Below are positions 31,931-42,254 of a DNA stretch of 64,000 nucleotides, piece by piece. The stretch comes from a virus. The translations under genes were made by a program, and so were the position numbers. The notes below the pieces were generated by a model, which was not told the DNA's origin, searched no databases, and saw nothing but the letters and a program-made list of their open reading frames with translations. Every line of letters begins with the position of its first letter. The first letter of the stretch is position 1. The stretch lies in IMG/VR virus record IMGVR_UViG_3300046003_007336, positions 32,001-96,000 of that record; one strand, written 5' to 3'.

Positions 31931-33396
31931 CCTATACGATGACCCTGATGCCTCGCGAAGAGGACGAGGCGACGAAGGCCCGCAACGCCCAGAGGGAAGC
32001 CGTGCGGGACATGTTCGCCGACTCCCTGAAATATCCCAAGATCGAGCCCAAGCTCGATGCGGTGATGCGCGAGGCGCCGATGTGGGACATGGCACCGGCC
32101 AGTCAGCGCGACAAGCCGCCTGTGTTGGCCATCATCGGGCCGCAGCACGAGGCCCTGGTAGAGTTCCAGCAACTCTCGTTCGAGACCACGGACGGTGTCC
32201 GGCGCATGAAGGCCCAGCCAGCCATCGCCAAACGGGGCTCCTTCGGAGGTCAAGAACATGGCCCATTCCGCAAGCCGCTTCGTCTACCGAAGGTTCCCGA
32301 GCACGTTACCTTCAACGTCAGTGATCTCTCGGCTTTCGAGCGGGAGTTCTCGGCATGGTGGGCGAAAAACCGCACCAAGGCCCGCGAGGCACTCTGGGGA
32401 CTCCCGGTCGAGGAAGTCTATTTCGCCATCGGCTTCGGTGGCAAATACGAGATGCGGGGGCCGAGTTTCACGGTCGGCCTCCACGGCACCGACAAGCTTT
32501 CGGCCTTGAAAGAAGCGAAGGCCTACATCGACCGCCACTGCACGGGCAAGCACGTCATCATCTTCGACGGCCCGCAGCGGCCGGAGACGCTGGTGCAGTT
32601 CTTCACACCCGTCGCGAAGTCCAGCGTTCGATTTACTTGACAAGTCTCTCCGTTGGTGGCACAAGAGATCATCAACGGAGAGCAGTCATGCCCAACACGG
32701 AACTCGACAACGCCCGCACCGAATGCCGCAAGCACGCGTTCGGCACGCCGGAATACGACGCCGCGTTCGCCGCTGTGCAGGCCATCACCCGCCGCCTCAC
32801 CGACGCCGAAGTCGGCAAGCACGTCTACAACTCCATTGAGGGTGACGTGTTCGCCCCGCCGCAGACCGGCCGCCGTAGCTGGTAATGCGCCAGCTTCATC
32901 CCACCTATCATACTGACAACGGCTACCCGTTCACCATCCGCGCGAAATGCGTGGATACGCTGTGGCTGGAACTCTTTCTCGATCACGAGCAACAAGTCCA
33001 CCGTTTCGGAAAATGGGTGGTCCTGCTTGAAACCGATGAGCGTCAGTTTCCAAGCGGGAACGTCATCATCTCGTTCGCCCGGCAGGAAGACGCCATCGCG
33101 GCAGCCCTGCTCCTGGACGGTCCCGTCTGATGGCTCGCAGGTTGGACTGGGAGTTCGCCACTAGGGAAGAACAGTATCCGTTCACGATCATAGTCCGCTG
33201 CGTTTCCCACAGCCGTCTCGGAGACCTGGGATTCGCGGAGTATCGGCTCGACTACGAGCAAGACGTGCACGTCTTCGGGGACTGGGTGACATGGTATGAA
33301 ATCAACGACGAGCGTCCTACCGGTAATGCGTTCATGGGCTTCAAGACCGCAGAGGATGCCACGATGGCGGCCCTGCTCCTGGATGAGACGGCCTAG
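31927..33396 (+). CDS. Hypothetical ORFs 31927-32640 and ~32688-32885, then tandem paralogs 32885-33130 and 33130-33396
   Basis: The last two align visibly (YPFTI..CV...LDhEQ.VH.FG.WV...DER..GN...F...EDA..AALLLD). Confidence 0.65.
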
Positions 33397-33560
33397 GCGG
33401 TTTCTTCTTCTACCGTCTGCGATACCACAATGGTGAATTTCTTGTTCCGAATGACCTCCGACATGGCTTGGCTTTCGGCGAGGAGATCGGCAACAGCCTG
33501 CTCCAGTGCTTCCTTTGCTGCCAATGCTTTTGCTGCCCTGTTGCTTCGGGGTGCGCTCAT
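33393..33560 (-). CDS. Small late protein (55 aa)
   Basis: TAAATA and GGAG upstream on the minus strand; MSAPRSNRAAKALAAKEALEQAVADLLAE. Confidence 0.55.
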   Translation of the reverse strand: MSAPRSNRAAKALAAKEALEQAVADLLAESQAMSEVIRNKKFTIVVSQTVEEETA

Positions 33561-33644
33561 TGCGGTCTCCGGTGGTTGGATTTATTTATCCAATTGTACG
33601 GAAGCGTTCACAAACCAAAAAATGCCGAAAATGCTAAATAAGAT

Positions 33645-33673
33645 TTGACAGCAGGAACCCTCCTCTGTATATT
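33645..33673 (+). promoter_or_regulatory. sigma70-like promoter of the Gly/Glu tRNA operon
   Basis: TTGACA-N17-TATATT. Confidence 0.8.
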
Positions 33674-33682
33674 CGAGAAACT

Positions 33683-33796
33683 ATGACAAACCTGTTCAAC
33701 ACGTCTGGCCTGAACGCCGCCCTCCTGGGCGGTCGCGGTGGCGTGCGCGGTGCTGGGGAACGAGAACGTTCCGCCGGGCTGCGAGGTTGTCTCTAA
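33683..33796 (+). CDS. Putative Gly(/Glu)-rich leader peptide MTNLFNTSGLNAALLGGRGGVRGAGERERSAGLRGCL
   Basis: 37 codons with 9 Gly and 2 Glu, between the promoter and tRNA-Gly/Glu genes. Confidence 0.6.
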   Translation: MTNLFNTSGLNAALLGGRGGVRGAGERERSAGLRGCL

Positions 33797-33867
33797 ACAC
33801 CTCTTCCTTCCTATAGGAACAGTCCGGCGAAGATCACATAGGTTGGCCCCTGTGTGACATTGCTGAT

Positions 33868-33941
33868 GCGGGTGTAGCTCAATGGTAGAGCCGCTGCCTT
33901 CCAAGCAGAAGACGAGAGTTCGATTCTCTCTATCCGCTCCA
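33868..33941 (+). tRNA. tRNA-Gly(TCC)
   Basis: Cloverleaf, U73, CCA. Confidence 0.95.
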
Positions 33942-33956
33942 GCAAATCTCCAGTCT

Positions 33957-34028
33957 GTTCCAGTAGCTTAAAGGCAGAGCAACTGATTTTCAATCAGTCA
34001 GGTGGCGGTTCGACTCCGCTCTGGAATA
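33957..34028 (+). tRNA. tRNA with TTC (Glu) anticodon on an atypical body
   Basis: Cloverleaf ACTGA-TTTTCAA-TCAGT; D-stem GCTT/GAGC; no CCA. Confidence 0.75.
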
Positions 34029-34029
34029 C

Positions 34030-34104
34030 GCGGCTATAGCTCAGTGGTAGAGCGTCTGCTTGCCAAGCAGAAGGTCGGGGGTTCGAGCCCCCCTAGCCGC
34101 TCCA
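34030..34104 (+). tRNA. tRNA-Gly(GCC)
   Basis: Cloverleaf, U73, CCA. Confidence 0.95.
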
Positions 34105-34138
34105 TTCCTCCAACGCATACCCCATTACTCATCTTCGC

Positions 34139-34213
34139 GGTCCCTTCGTCTATCGGTTAGGACGCTAGACTTTCAATCTGGAAAGACGGGTTCGATTCCC
34201 GTAGGGACTACCA
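34139..34213 (+). tRNA. tRNA-Glu(TTC), canonical type
   Basis: GGTCCCTTCGTCTATCGGTTAGGAC body typical of tRNA-Glu, CCA. Confidence 0.95.
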
Positions 34214-34227
34214 AGAATATTGGCTCT

Positions 34228-34302
34228 GTCGCCGTAGCTTAACGGTGGAGCGTCCGCTTCTCAGGCGGTTGGTTGCGAGTTCGATTCTCGTCGGCGACAC
34301 CA
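34228..34302 (+). tRNA. tRNA-Glu(CTC), atypical body
   Basis: Cloverleaf, TT-CTC-AG loop, CCA. Confidence 0.85.
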
Positions 34303-34373
34303 ATTTTCTTGTAATATAATAGTCCGAAGTCGGAACATAAATACCTCGAAGCCCCAACAGAGGAGGCCAAGAG

Positions 34374-36882
34374 ATGAAGACGTATACACGCCCAGAGTGG
34401 CAGATTGTTTCGCGGACAGGTTTCCGCCAAGACCTCTCGAAAGAGATCAAGACCGTGCTGAGCGAGTGTCATGTCCGCGCGAGCGTGATCTGGGACCGCA
34501 ACGGACCCTGCGTGGCCTTCGAGACCGAGGCCGACCGCAAAGCGTTCGACGACCACTTCCACCACTAGAGGGTCGTCAACATCCGATATTTGGTAGCGTC
34601 GGCCACGGAATAGAAACCGAACGTCATGTCAATGTGACGGGTGTAGTGGATGGTGGGCCCAGGACGAATGTATGCGACGGTCACGTCAATGATAGTCCAC
34701 GGGTCCACTGAACTTTCTTCTATAAGTTCGGCCTCGACTTCAACGGCGTTTTCGAAGTCCCTGTACGGCCTTTCCTCTGACCACTTGACGGTGATTTGAT
34801 GATCGAAGTCGGCGTCGAACGCCATCTTGGGAAAGAATAGTCCGAGACCCAGGCGGGTCCCCTTTATGATCACCATGGGGCCACCACCGGACAACCCGCT
34901 GAATTTGGGGTTAACGCACAGGCCGGGGGTGGGTTTGAAGGTGTTGGGGTCTACGAAATCGGAGAAGAACGGTCTCATCAGAACGCCAGTTGAAATTGGA
35001 CAGCTTCTCGGGGGTCGTCGAAACCCCACACGCCTCGCCCCTGATAACCCCACCGTCCAGGAAACATGTGGTCAAGCCAGTCTGCCGCCGCCTGCCAATC
35101 CGGGGGCCAGTTGGTGATGCGGTGGGCCCTGGTACATGGCGCCACCAATGACGCCGGAACCAAGATGTCTCGTTCAATCCATCCACGCACGACGGCGACC
35201 ACGTTACCTTCGCGCACCTCTGTGACGATTCCGAACTGTTCATCACCGATAAGGCCAATGACGGGGACCTTGAGTATCGAGAGCCTGGGGCCGGAGAAAA
35301 GTTTCTCAAAAGCCAGCCAAGGCATCCCCGAGTAGAAGTTATTATCGCTCATGGCCGACCTTAACTCGCCCGCGCCCAAAGATAAATATTTCCATGAAGG
35401 CTTTCCGGTAAGCTCATGGACGACCGTCTCGCCTATTGGTTCGACGGTGGACATCAACCAGATCGGCACGTGCCGGTCAGGGTGCTGGTCGAGTCTGAGG
35501 TCTTCGGGGACATCAACGCCTACGACCGCGTTCTCAATCATCTGGCCTACATGGGCTTCTCCCACATCGTCGAAGTAGCCTACGACCCAGAGATCAAGGT
35601 CGAGACCTGTCTGGCCATCCACGACACCTGCCATGAGTTCGCCTACGCGTGCAGCGGCGAGTGGACGTCTTTCTATTCCCACGGCCACAAGGCCGTCATG
35701 ATGGTCTTCGTCGAAGAGCGTGACGCCTTCACCCTCCGTCTATTTTTTGGTTGATCGAACTGAGGTCTCCTCTATAGCGGAGACATGCACCATCCGGCCT
35801 TCAAACCTACGCCGCCGCCAGAGCGATTCGAAGACGTCTTCGATGACTATTCGTTCCTCATCGACCCAAGCTCGTTCCGGTGGGTGCGTTCCTTCAGCGG
35901 GTCTGGTGAGGAAACATCTTCGAGGGTCGAGTATGACCGCTCGGCCATCAGCCGCGAGGGAATGTTCTACGCTGGCGTAGTCCTTCAGCGACGAACGCCT
36001 CTCGACCAGTTCAAACGTGCGACTTACGAAATCACGATGGGGACGCAGCGGTCTGGGCGCGGCGCCGTCGAGATCGCCCTGGCGAAAATGTTCGCTCACC
36101 TGAACGACATTCGTCCCTGCACCCTTCGCCCTCGCTATTCGAGCGATAAGGTGCTGGGCTCTGTTGTCGATCTCGACGAACAACACCTGATGATTTTGCG
36201 AATGATCTTCAAGGACTACCTGCCCAAACTTCCTTGACAAGTAAACGATCACCGCTATGCTTCCAGAATGGCATCCATCCGCGACAGACTGATAAGGAAC
36301 TCACGCCCCGCCGTGAAATCCGAATGGGTTGACGTCGCGCGCAGCATTGATCTCGATGGGCTGGGTGAAACCATCGTGGCTCTGCGGTTTTGCCGCCAGA
36401 TCGAATGGTTCCGCGATAGCGAGAGCCGCGTTGATATCGTGATCGAAGGAAACCGCCACGCTATATCTGGCACCTACAACGATTTCTACGGTCTGATGAC
36501 CTCCAAGGACGACCCGTTGGAGATGGCCCCCAAGCTGGCCTCGGGCCGGGGCATCGGTCGCACATCCGCAGAAGCCGTAGAGGTGATCATCAACATCATT
36601 GACCACGCGGGCGTTGTTCCGCCTCGTGGCGTCATGGACGGGCCCTACTACGGCAATTTCCCCTACGTGTTGGTCCCCGACGATTGGGCTCTTGACGACG
36701 CCCAGTTTGAGCGATGGCTCAAGCTCACAGAAGGCGACGGACACGCTGATCGTTTCCTCGAAATCAACCGTCGAAACTTCGTTAAAGACATGATAAAGCC
36801 GGTCGATCTCATCATCTGGTCGTCCCGGAACACCGCCGCCGAAAACGCCGCCGCCCTGACCCAACTGGATGCTTTCCGATGA
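34374..36882. CDS. Small hypothetical ORFs: 34374-34568(+), 34565-34978(-), 34978-35352(-), 35416-35754(+), 35785-36237(+), 36268-36882(+)
   Basis: Starts inferred from stop/start overlaps; four end in the shared C-terminal motif. Confidence 0.55.
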
Positions 36883-37379
36883 AAACTTTCGCCCTCTACG
36901 CCGGTTCGTTCGACCCCATCACCAAGGGGCATCTGAACATCGTTGAGCAAGCCCTGACGATGTTCGACCGCGTTCACATCGGCGTCGGCCGCAATCCGGG
37001 AAAGACGGGTCGCTTCTGGCCGAGCATCCGCTCCGATCTCATCAAGGGAGCCATCGACCAAGCCCTACCGGAATCGCTGGATAGAATTTCTGTGGGTCAG
37101 TTCGACGGCGGCCTCGCCCCCTATGCACGTGAGCTTGGCTGCACCCACATCGTGCGCGGCCTGCGCCAGATCAGCGACTTCAACGATGAGTTCACCCTGC
37201 ACGGCGTCCTCCAGCGAATCTCGCCCGACATCCCGATGGTGCACCTGATCTGCCAGCAGCAGTTCCTGCACGTGTCGTCGTCCACGGCCCGCGCGCTCGC
37301 TGATCTGAAAGAAGACCTCTCCTGGTTGGTGACCGATAATGTCGCCATGGCACTGAGGAATTACAAATGTCCCAAGTAG
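36879..37379 (+). CDS. coaD: Phosphopantetheine adenylyltransferase (CoaD-type nucleotidyltransferase)
   Basis: ALYAGSFDPITKGHLNIV, NPGK, IVRGLRQISDFNDE, VSSSTAR. Confidence 0.85.
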   Translation: MKTFALYAGSFDPITKGHLNIVEQALTMFDRVHIGVGRNPGKTGRFWPSIRSDLIKGAIDQALPESLDRISVGQFDGGLAPYARELGCTHIVRGLRQISDFNDEFTLHGVLQRISPDIPMVHLICQQQFLHVSSSTARALADLKEDLSWLVTDNVAMALRNYKCPK

Positions 37380-38809
37380 TCAATGGTCTCCTGGAAGTCA
37401 TCGACGGTGATGAAAAGCTCCGCAAGCAGATGCTGCGTAACCTCGGCTTCATGAACGCCGAACTCCTCGCCGAAATGCCCGACGAGGAACGGGTCGCCAC
37501 CATCCAGAAGTGCATCATCGAAATGATCGATCAGATCGGCTCTCAGGCAGAGCGTGCCGCTATAATTCTCGACCGTCTCCGAGAGTAACCTTCTCCTGGT
37601 CGGGCTCGAAGGTGAGAACCCGGCGCCCTTCGCCTTCCAGTTCCGTGATGACGGCGTAGCGGAGCGCATCCCTGGCCTGCTTGGCGTTTCTCTCTGCCAT
37701 CCAGATAGCATCTTTCTTGGCTTTGAAATCCGCGAATCGCCAGCCTTCGGCGCGTTGGAATTTCTGCACCGCCAAAATGGCCGCATCAAGCGTTGTGAAC
37801 ACCGAGACGAACAGGTTCTTGAGGAGCTTCTCCTCATGTGGCCCCATGTCTCGCAACGTCGCCTCCACGAAGGTCGGGTCATTCGCCCTAGTGGTGTCGT
37901 AGACGGGTAGGCAGATAGCCCAGAGGACGTCCTTGTGGTTGAGGAACTTGTAGACCTTCAATCCCTCGTCTGATGGGACGATGGCGAACTTGTGGGTCTC
38001 AAACAGGCCGTCGAGAACGTCGAAGGGTCTGGTCATGACAGGGGGTCCTTACCCAGCATCTGGGCCTGTGTGAGCGGTGACATCTTGAGAGCGAACTCGG
38101 CCGTCAAGCTGGTATGGCGCGTCTCATAGTACGGCGTGTCGAGCCACTTCATCAACTCGGTCGAGGTATGGAGACCTTGCGGCAGTCTGCGGAAGTGCTC
38201 CGCGATGGCGGCTTCGCGGGCGATGCGGCTGGCGCGTTTTCCGATGTCGGGCTGATTGGCTTCGATCATCTGTGATGTTGGTCCGAGGCGGGCATCGTTG
38301 TTGATGATCTTGGCGATCAGGCCCAGGTCGGCCGGTACATACGAACTCGAAAAGATTTGATTCCAGACATCGCGCCGGGCGGCCCATTCGGTCTTGGTGA
38401 TCGATTCGGGTCGGTCTGTGCTGTCCTGATAATGCCAATCATGAACACCCGGTTGTGCGAGCATGTCTTTCCGCCAGTCACCGTAGAGGATGCCGTAGAC
38501 GCGTCCCGCCAACGGGATGAAGCAAATCTGGCATGAGATGTCGATCTCGGGGTCGGCGTGCCCGCCCTCCGTCTTGTTGATGCGGCCCTGCAAATCCTGG
38601 TAGGATTTCGACATGTAGTTGATGTGGCCGGTCGGGGATGGGATGGTGACGAAACGGTCGAGGTCCATCCGATAGGCGATGTCCGTGGCCAGAAATACCG
38701 CGAGGCGGTCCATTGCCAGCGGGATGAAGGCCTTGCGGATTTGCTGCGACAGAGCAACCATGTCGTTCATGTCGCCGTCGAACGCGAAACCGTTTATATT
38801 CTTGCTCAT
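37367..38809. CDS. Hypothetical ORFs 37367-37588(+), 37560-38036(-), 38033-38809(-)
   Basis: ORF track; ATGA overlap between the two minus-strand genes. Confidence 0.55.
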
Positions 38810-38836
38810 CTGTTTCTTGTATATTATTGATCAGAT

Positions 38837-39331
38837 ATGGCAACCCAAAATATCCCTCCCCTCGTCCTTCTCCCGGACAGCCACCCGATGCTCCATCAGG
38901 CCTTGCCTGAGTTTGAGTTCGGCATTCCGGGCATCGACCCAGTCGCCCTAACGGATGCGATGTGGGAGTTCCAGCACAGTCAGAACGCCATCGGACTGGC
39001 GGCCAATCAGGTCGGCCTCAACTATCGGGTCTTCGTCATGGGCGACGAGGAGAAAATCGTCTGCTTCAATCCCAGCGTGGTCGAAGAGACGGTGTCGGTC
39101 GTCGGGCCCGAGGGATGTCTGTCCTTCCCCGGTCTAGCCCTCAACGTCGTGCGGCCAGACCGCGTTCTGGCTCACTTCCAAACCGCAGACGGGACCCGCA
39201 TCGAGCGCGAGTTCACCGGCATGCTGGCGAGGTGTTTCTGCCACGAGACCGACCACCTCAACGGGGTGACCTTCACTGAGCGGGTCTCGAAGCTCAAGCT
39301 CGAAATGGCCCGCAAGCGGATGCGAAAATAA
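38837..39331 (+). CDS. def: Peptide deformylase
   Basis: Motifs GLAANQVG, EGCLSFP, HETDHLNG. Confidence 0.96.
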   Translation: MATQNIPPLVLLPDSHPMLHQALPEFEFGIPGIDPVALTDAMWEFQHSQNAIGLAANQVGLNYRVFVMGDEEKIVCFNPSVVEETVSVVGPEGCLSFPGLALNVVRPDRVLAHFQTADGTRIEREFTGMLARCFCHETDHLNGVTFTERVSKLKLEMARKRMRK

Positions 39332-39372
39332 ACTCGTTGACGAAAAGTGCCCACCGGAGGTAAAAGGTCCGG

Positions 39373-39782
39373 TCATCCAATAGATGGTCACGGTGGTGGT
39401 GGGCTTAAGGGCAGCCATCCATAAAGAGTTGCGAGAGGAAGAAAGTAGGCGCGAGCCAAAATCAAGAGTCCCGTCTGCTATGATGGGGGTGTAATGACCT
39501 CCTAGCTTGGATACCTGAACGGACGGGCTTAGAACCTCAGGGAGTGTGACAGACTACAAAACGCCCGGAAGGCGTGGGAAGCCCAAGGCCAGCGATGGTT
39601 CTGAGTTCCGCCCTGCTTCACTGGAGTCGAAAACGTCGGGTAGCACAGTTGCAGTTTTGCCCGCGTATTACAAGCGGAACTGCGGGTTTGACTTGGGAGC
39701 CGATGGTGTAGGTAGCCGGAGCTTCTGGGGACGACTGCAACGGCCCTTAGAGCATTTAGCGTAGCAGCAAGCCACTGTGGCC
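39373..39782 (+). ncRNA. Candidate ~400-nt structured ncRNA of unknown class
   Basis: TTGACG-N17-TAAAAG promoter; closing helices GGTCACGGTGG/CCACTGTGGCC and TAAGGGC/GCCCTTA; no credible ORF. Confidence 0.6.
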
Positions 39783-39811
39783 TTCTATTGGATGATGAGT
39801 TGGAGGAATAA

Positions 39812-40738
39812 ATGAGCGGCCATATCGAACGCCTGCACGACCTCGCCGACGCCCTGGCAGCGCACGCCCTGCTCGATACCGATCTTCAGGTGATGGCCCA
39901 CGACGCCGCTCTGCACGCGGTCGATCTCCGTGCCCTGCTGGCCGGGCAGTCCAAGTCGGTCACCTGGGTCCTTGAGAGCAACGTCTTCGCCGAAACCTGC
40001 TTCGACCGCATGATGGAACATTTCCGTCAGCGCGGCGTCGAGCACCACGTCGTGCGCATCATCCCCTTCGTCCATGAGATCGAGGGACGGGTTCCCGACG
40101 TCAATGGACCGTGCGTGGTCTATGGAAGCATCGGCATCCAGAAACTGGCCGACCGCCACGGCTGGTCGCCCGGCGTTTTCCCGGTCCCGACCGAGGACGA
40201 GGCCGCCATCGCGCTCGGCGACCTGTATTTGAATTCCGACGCCATGATGATGAAGATGTCCGAGGTCGAAGCCTATCTGGCTAAGACGATCACGGGCGAA
40301 GAAGTTTTCATCAAGCCCGATACCGACACCAAGGAGTTCGCCGGTCAGGTGATCGACGCCGCCCAGTTCTCGTCCTGGTATGCCGGGATGATCGATTCGG
40401 GCTACCTCGACGGTAACGATTTTTACGTCGTCGTGTCCTCGCCGAAGAAACTCGGCTGCGAGTGGCGTGTGGTGGTCGTGGACGGCAAGATCGTCACGTC
40501 GTCCCTCTACCGGCAGTGGGGCATGGTGAAGGCCGAGGAGCATATCCTTCCCGAGGTGGTCGAGGTCGTCATGGCTGCGCACGCCAAACTGGTCCCTGGC
40601 CCCGTCTATGTGATCGACATCGCCCAGCACGGTGATGAGTTCAAAGTCATCGAATACAACACCTTCAACTCGGCGGGCCTCTATGAGTGCAACGTCGAGG
40701 CCATCATCGACGCCGTCTCGGAGTATGTCGGGCGTTGA
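39812..40738 (+). CDS. ATP-grasp domain protein (R2K-clade-like)
   Basis: VFIKPDTDTKEFAG, EWRVVVVDGKIV, YVIDIA...KVIEYNTFNSAGLY. Confidence 0.75.
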   Translation: MSGHIERLHDLADALAAHALLDTDLQVMAHDAALHAVDLRALLAGQSKSVTWVLESNVFAETCFDRMMEHFRQRGVEHHVVRIIPFVHEIEGRVPDVNGPCVVYGSIGIQKLADRHGWSPGVFPVPTEDEAAIALGDLYLNSDAMMMKMSEVEAYLAKTITGEEVFIKPDTDTKEFAGQVIDAAQFSSWYAGMIDSGYLDGNDFYVVVSSPKKLGCEWRVVVVDGKIVTSSLYRQWGMVKAEEHILPEVVEVVMAAHAKLVPGPVYVIDIAQHGDEFKVIEYNTFNSAGLYECNVEAIIDAVSEYVGR

Positions 40739-40752
40739 AGGGTCACCTCACC

Positions 40753-42064
40753 ATGTCGGTGGACGAGGTTCGTGATGCCATTCGCGACGACAGGGCCAGA
40801 CTAGAAATCGAACTCGTCCTCCGCGTCGGATATGATGCGAAGATCGATTACATCCCGCACACCAAGGGGTACAAGATCGGCGGCGGATGGTCGCGTATGC
40901 GTGCCAACGTTCGCCGGTCCAAGAGACCCTTCGTGATTATCATGCCGGGCGGTACGTCTCGCTGGCGCCGGTTCGAAACCTGGGAAGCCCTGTCCGAAGC
41001 CGTGCAGGCAATGTGATGGAAGTCCTCTTCAATACATTGCGGGCAGTGGGCGCCGTCTTGCTCTTCGTCGGCATCCTCTATGGAGGCGGCAAGCTTATCC
41101 AGAAAGCCACCATGGCCCCGATGGGCTGGTTGTTGCGCGGGTGCATGAAAGATTTCTGGTTCCATCTTCAGTCCGCCATGCCGGGAAACTACGAGGTCAA
41201 CAAGATCATCTATAGCAGGGCCCCGACTTTTCTCAGTCGGTTCTCTCCGTATCGGCATTTCCTTATCCTAACCCCCATCGTCGGATGTTTGGCACTAGAT
41301 GCCATCACGCGAGATATGCGACGTGAGAGCAAATGGATTGCGCGCGGCCTCGGCGTATGGGGGCTGGACAGCTTTCGAAAGCATTTCTATCAGAACGATA
41401 TCGAAATCATCGAATGGTTGAGCGACAACTGCGAAGGCAAGTTCGAGTTCATCTTTACTGAGATGGGCCGCCGCATACCGAGTCGTTTCTCTGTGTCCCA
41501 GCGGGACGTGATGATTTCGTTCTCGTCCCCGGCCGATTTCCTCAAGGTCAGATTGGTGTTCGACGCCAAGCTGCCATCGGAACATAATTGATGATCTGGC
41601 TCTGTCAGCGGTTTAGGCACCAGACTGGCTGGGAGGGTGCCGACGAATGGGAGTCGCCGAGAAGACGCGCCACAAGACTTAACTGCAAGACCTTTGTGTT
41701 CGAGTTTTCTACCGGAGTCGCGCACCTGTTCCGCCGCTATCGCCAGCCTCTGCGTTTCCCCCTGTCAGGCTTTCCGTTCAGCCCGGCAGACTGGCAGGCC
41801 ACGATCTCTCTGCGGACCCATCTGAAACGCTCGGTCGATACGACCGACGACCATTTGCCCATCTTCCCCATTGGTGAAAACGACGCCCTCGACTGGCTGA
41901 TCAAGAACCTCAAAGGGAAGGTGAAGTTCACCGCTGTCCTCGACCGAAATGACGTAGCTGGTCTCGTCAACGATGCCGCGTATGCCGTCCTGGCATTCAC
42001 CGACACCCGCGATGAAGCCGCCTTCCAACTTTTTTTCGATGGCGGCGAAGTTTTTATTGACTAA
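40753..42064 (+). CDS. Hypothetical ORFs ~40753-41016, 41016-41591 (membrane), 41588-42064
   Basis: Overlapping junctions; last two end in the shared motif. Confidence 0.55.
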
Positions 42065-42092
42065 AGGTCACCCGTGATACTAAATAGGGGCT

Positions 42093-42169
42093 CGCGGGGT
42101 AGAGCAGTCCAGTAGCTCGTTTGGCTCATAACCAAAAGGTCGGCGGTGCGAATCCGTCTCCCGCACCCA
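42093..42169 (+). tRNA. tRNA-Met(CAT), initiator-like
   Basis: C1:A72 mismatch, CGCGGGGTAGAGCAG start, CT-CAT-AA loop; only two G-C pairs at the base of the anticodon stem; followed by terminator AAAAGCCCTCGGTCTCACCGGGGGCTTTTT. Confidence 0.88.
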
Positions 42170-42254
42170 TTTCGAAAAGCCCTCGGTCTCACCGGGGGCT
42201 TTTTCAATTCTATTTTTTGGTTGACATAAAATCCGACTTCGGCGATAACGGCGT

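Noticed and set aside
34978-35688. 236-aa minus-strand ORF overlapping 35416-35754(+)
   Set aside because: The real gene probably starts at ATG 35352; the upstream part is the antisense of the plus-strand gene.
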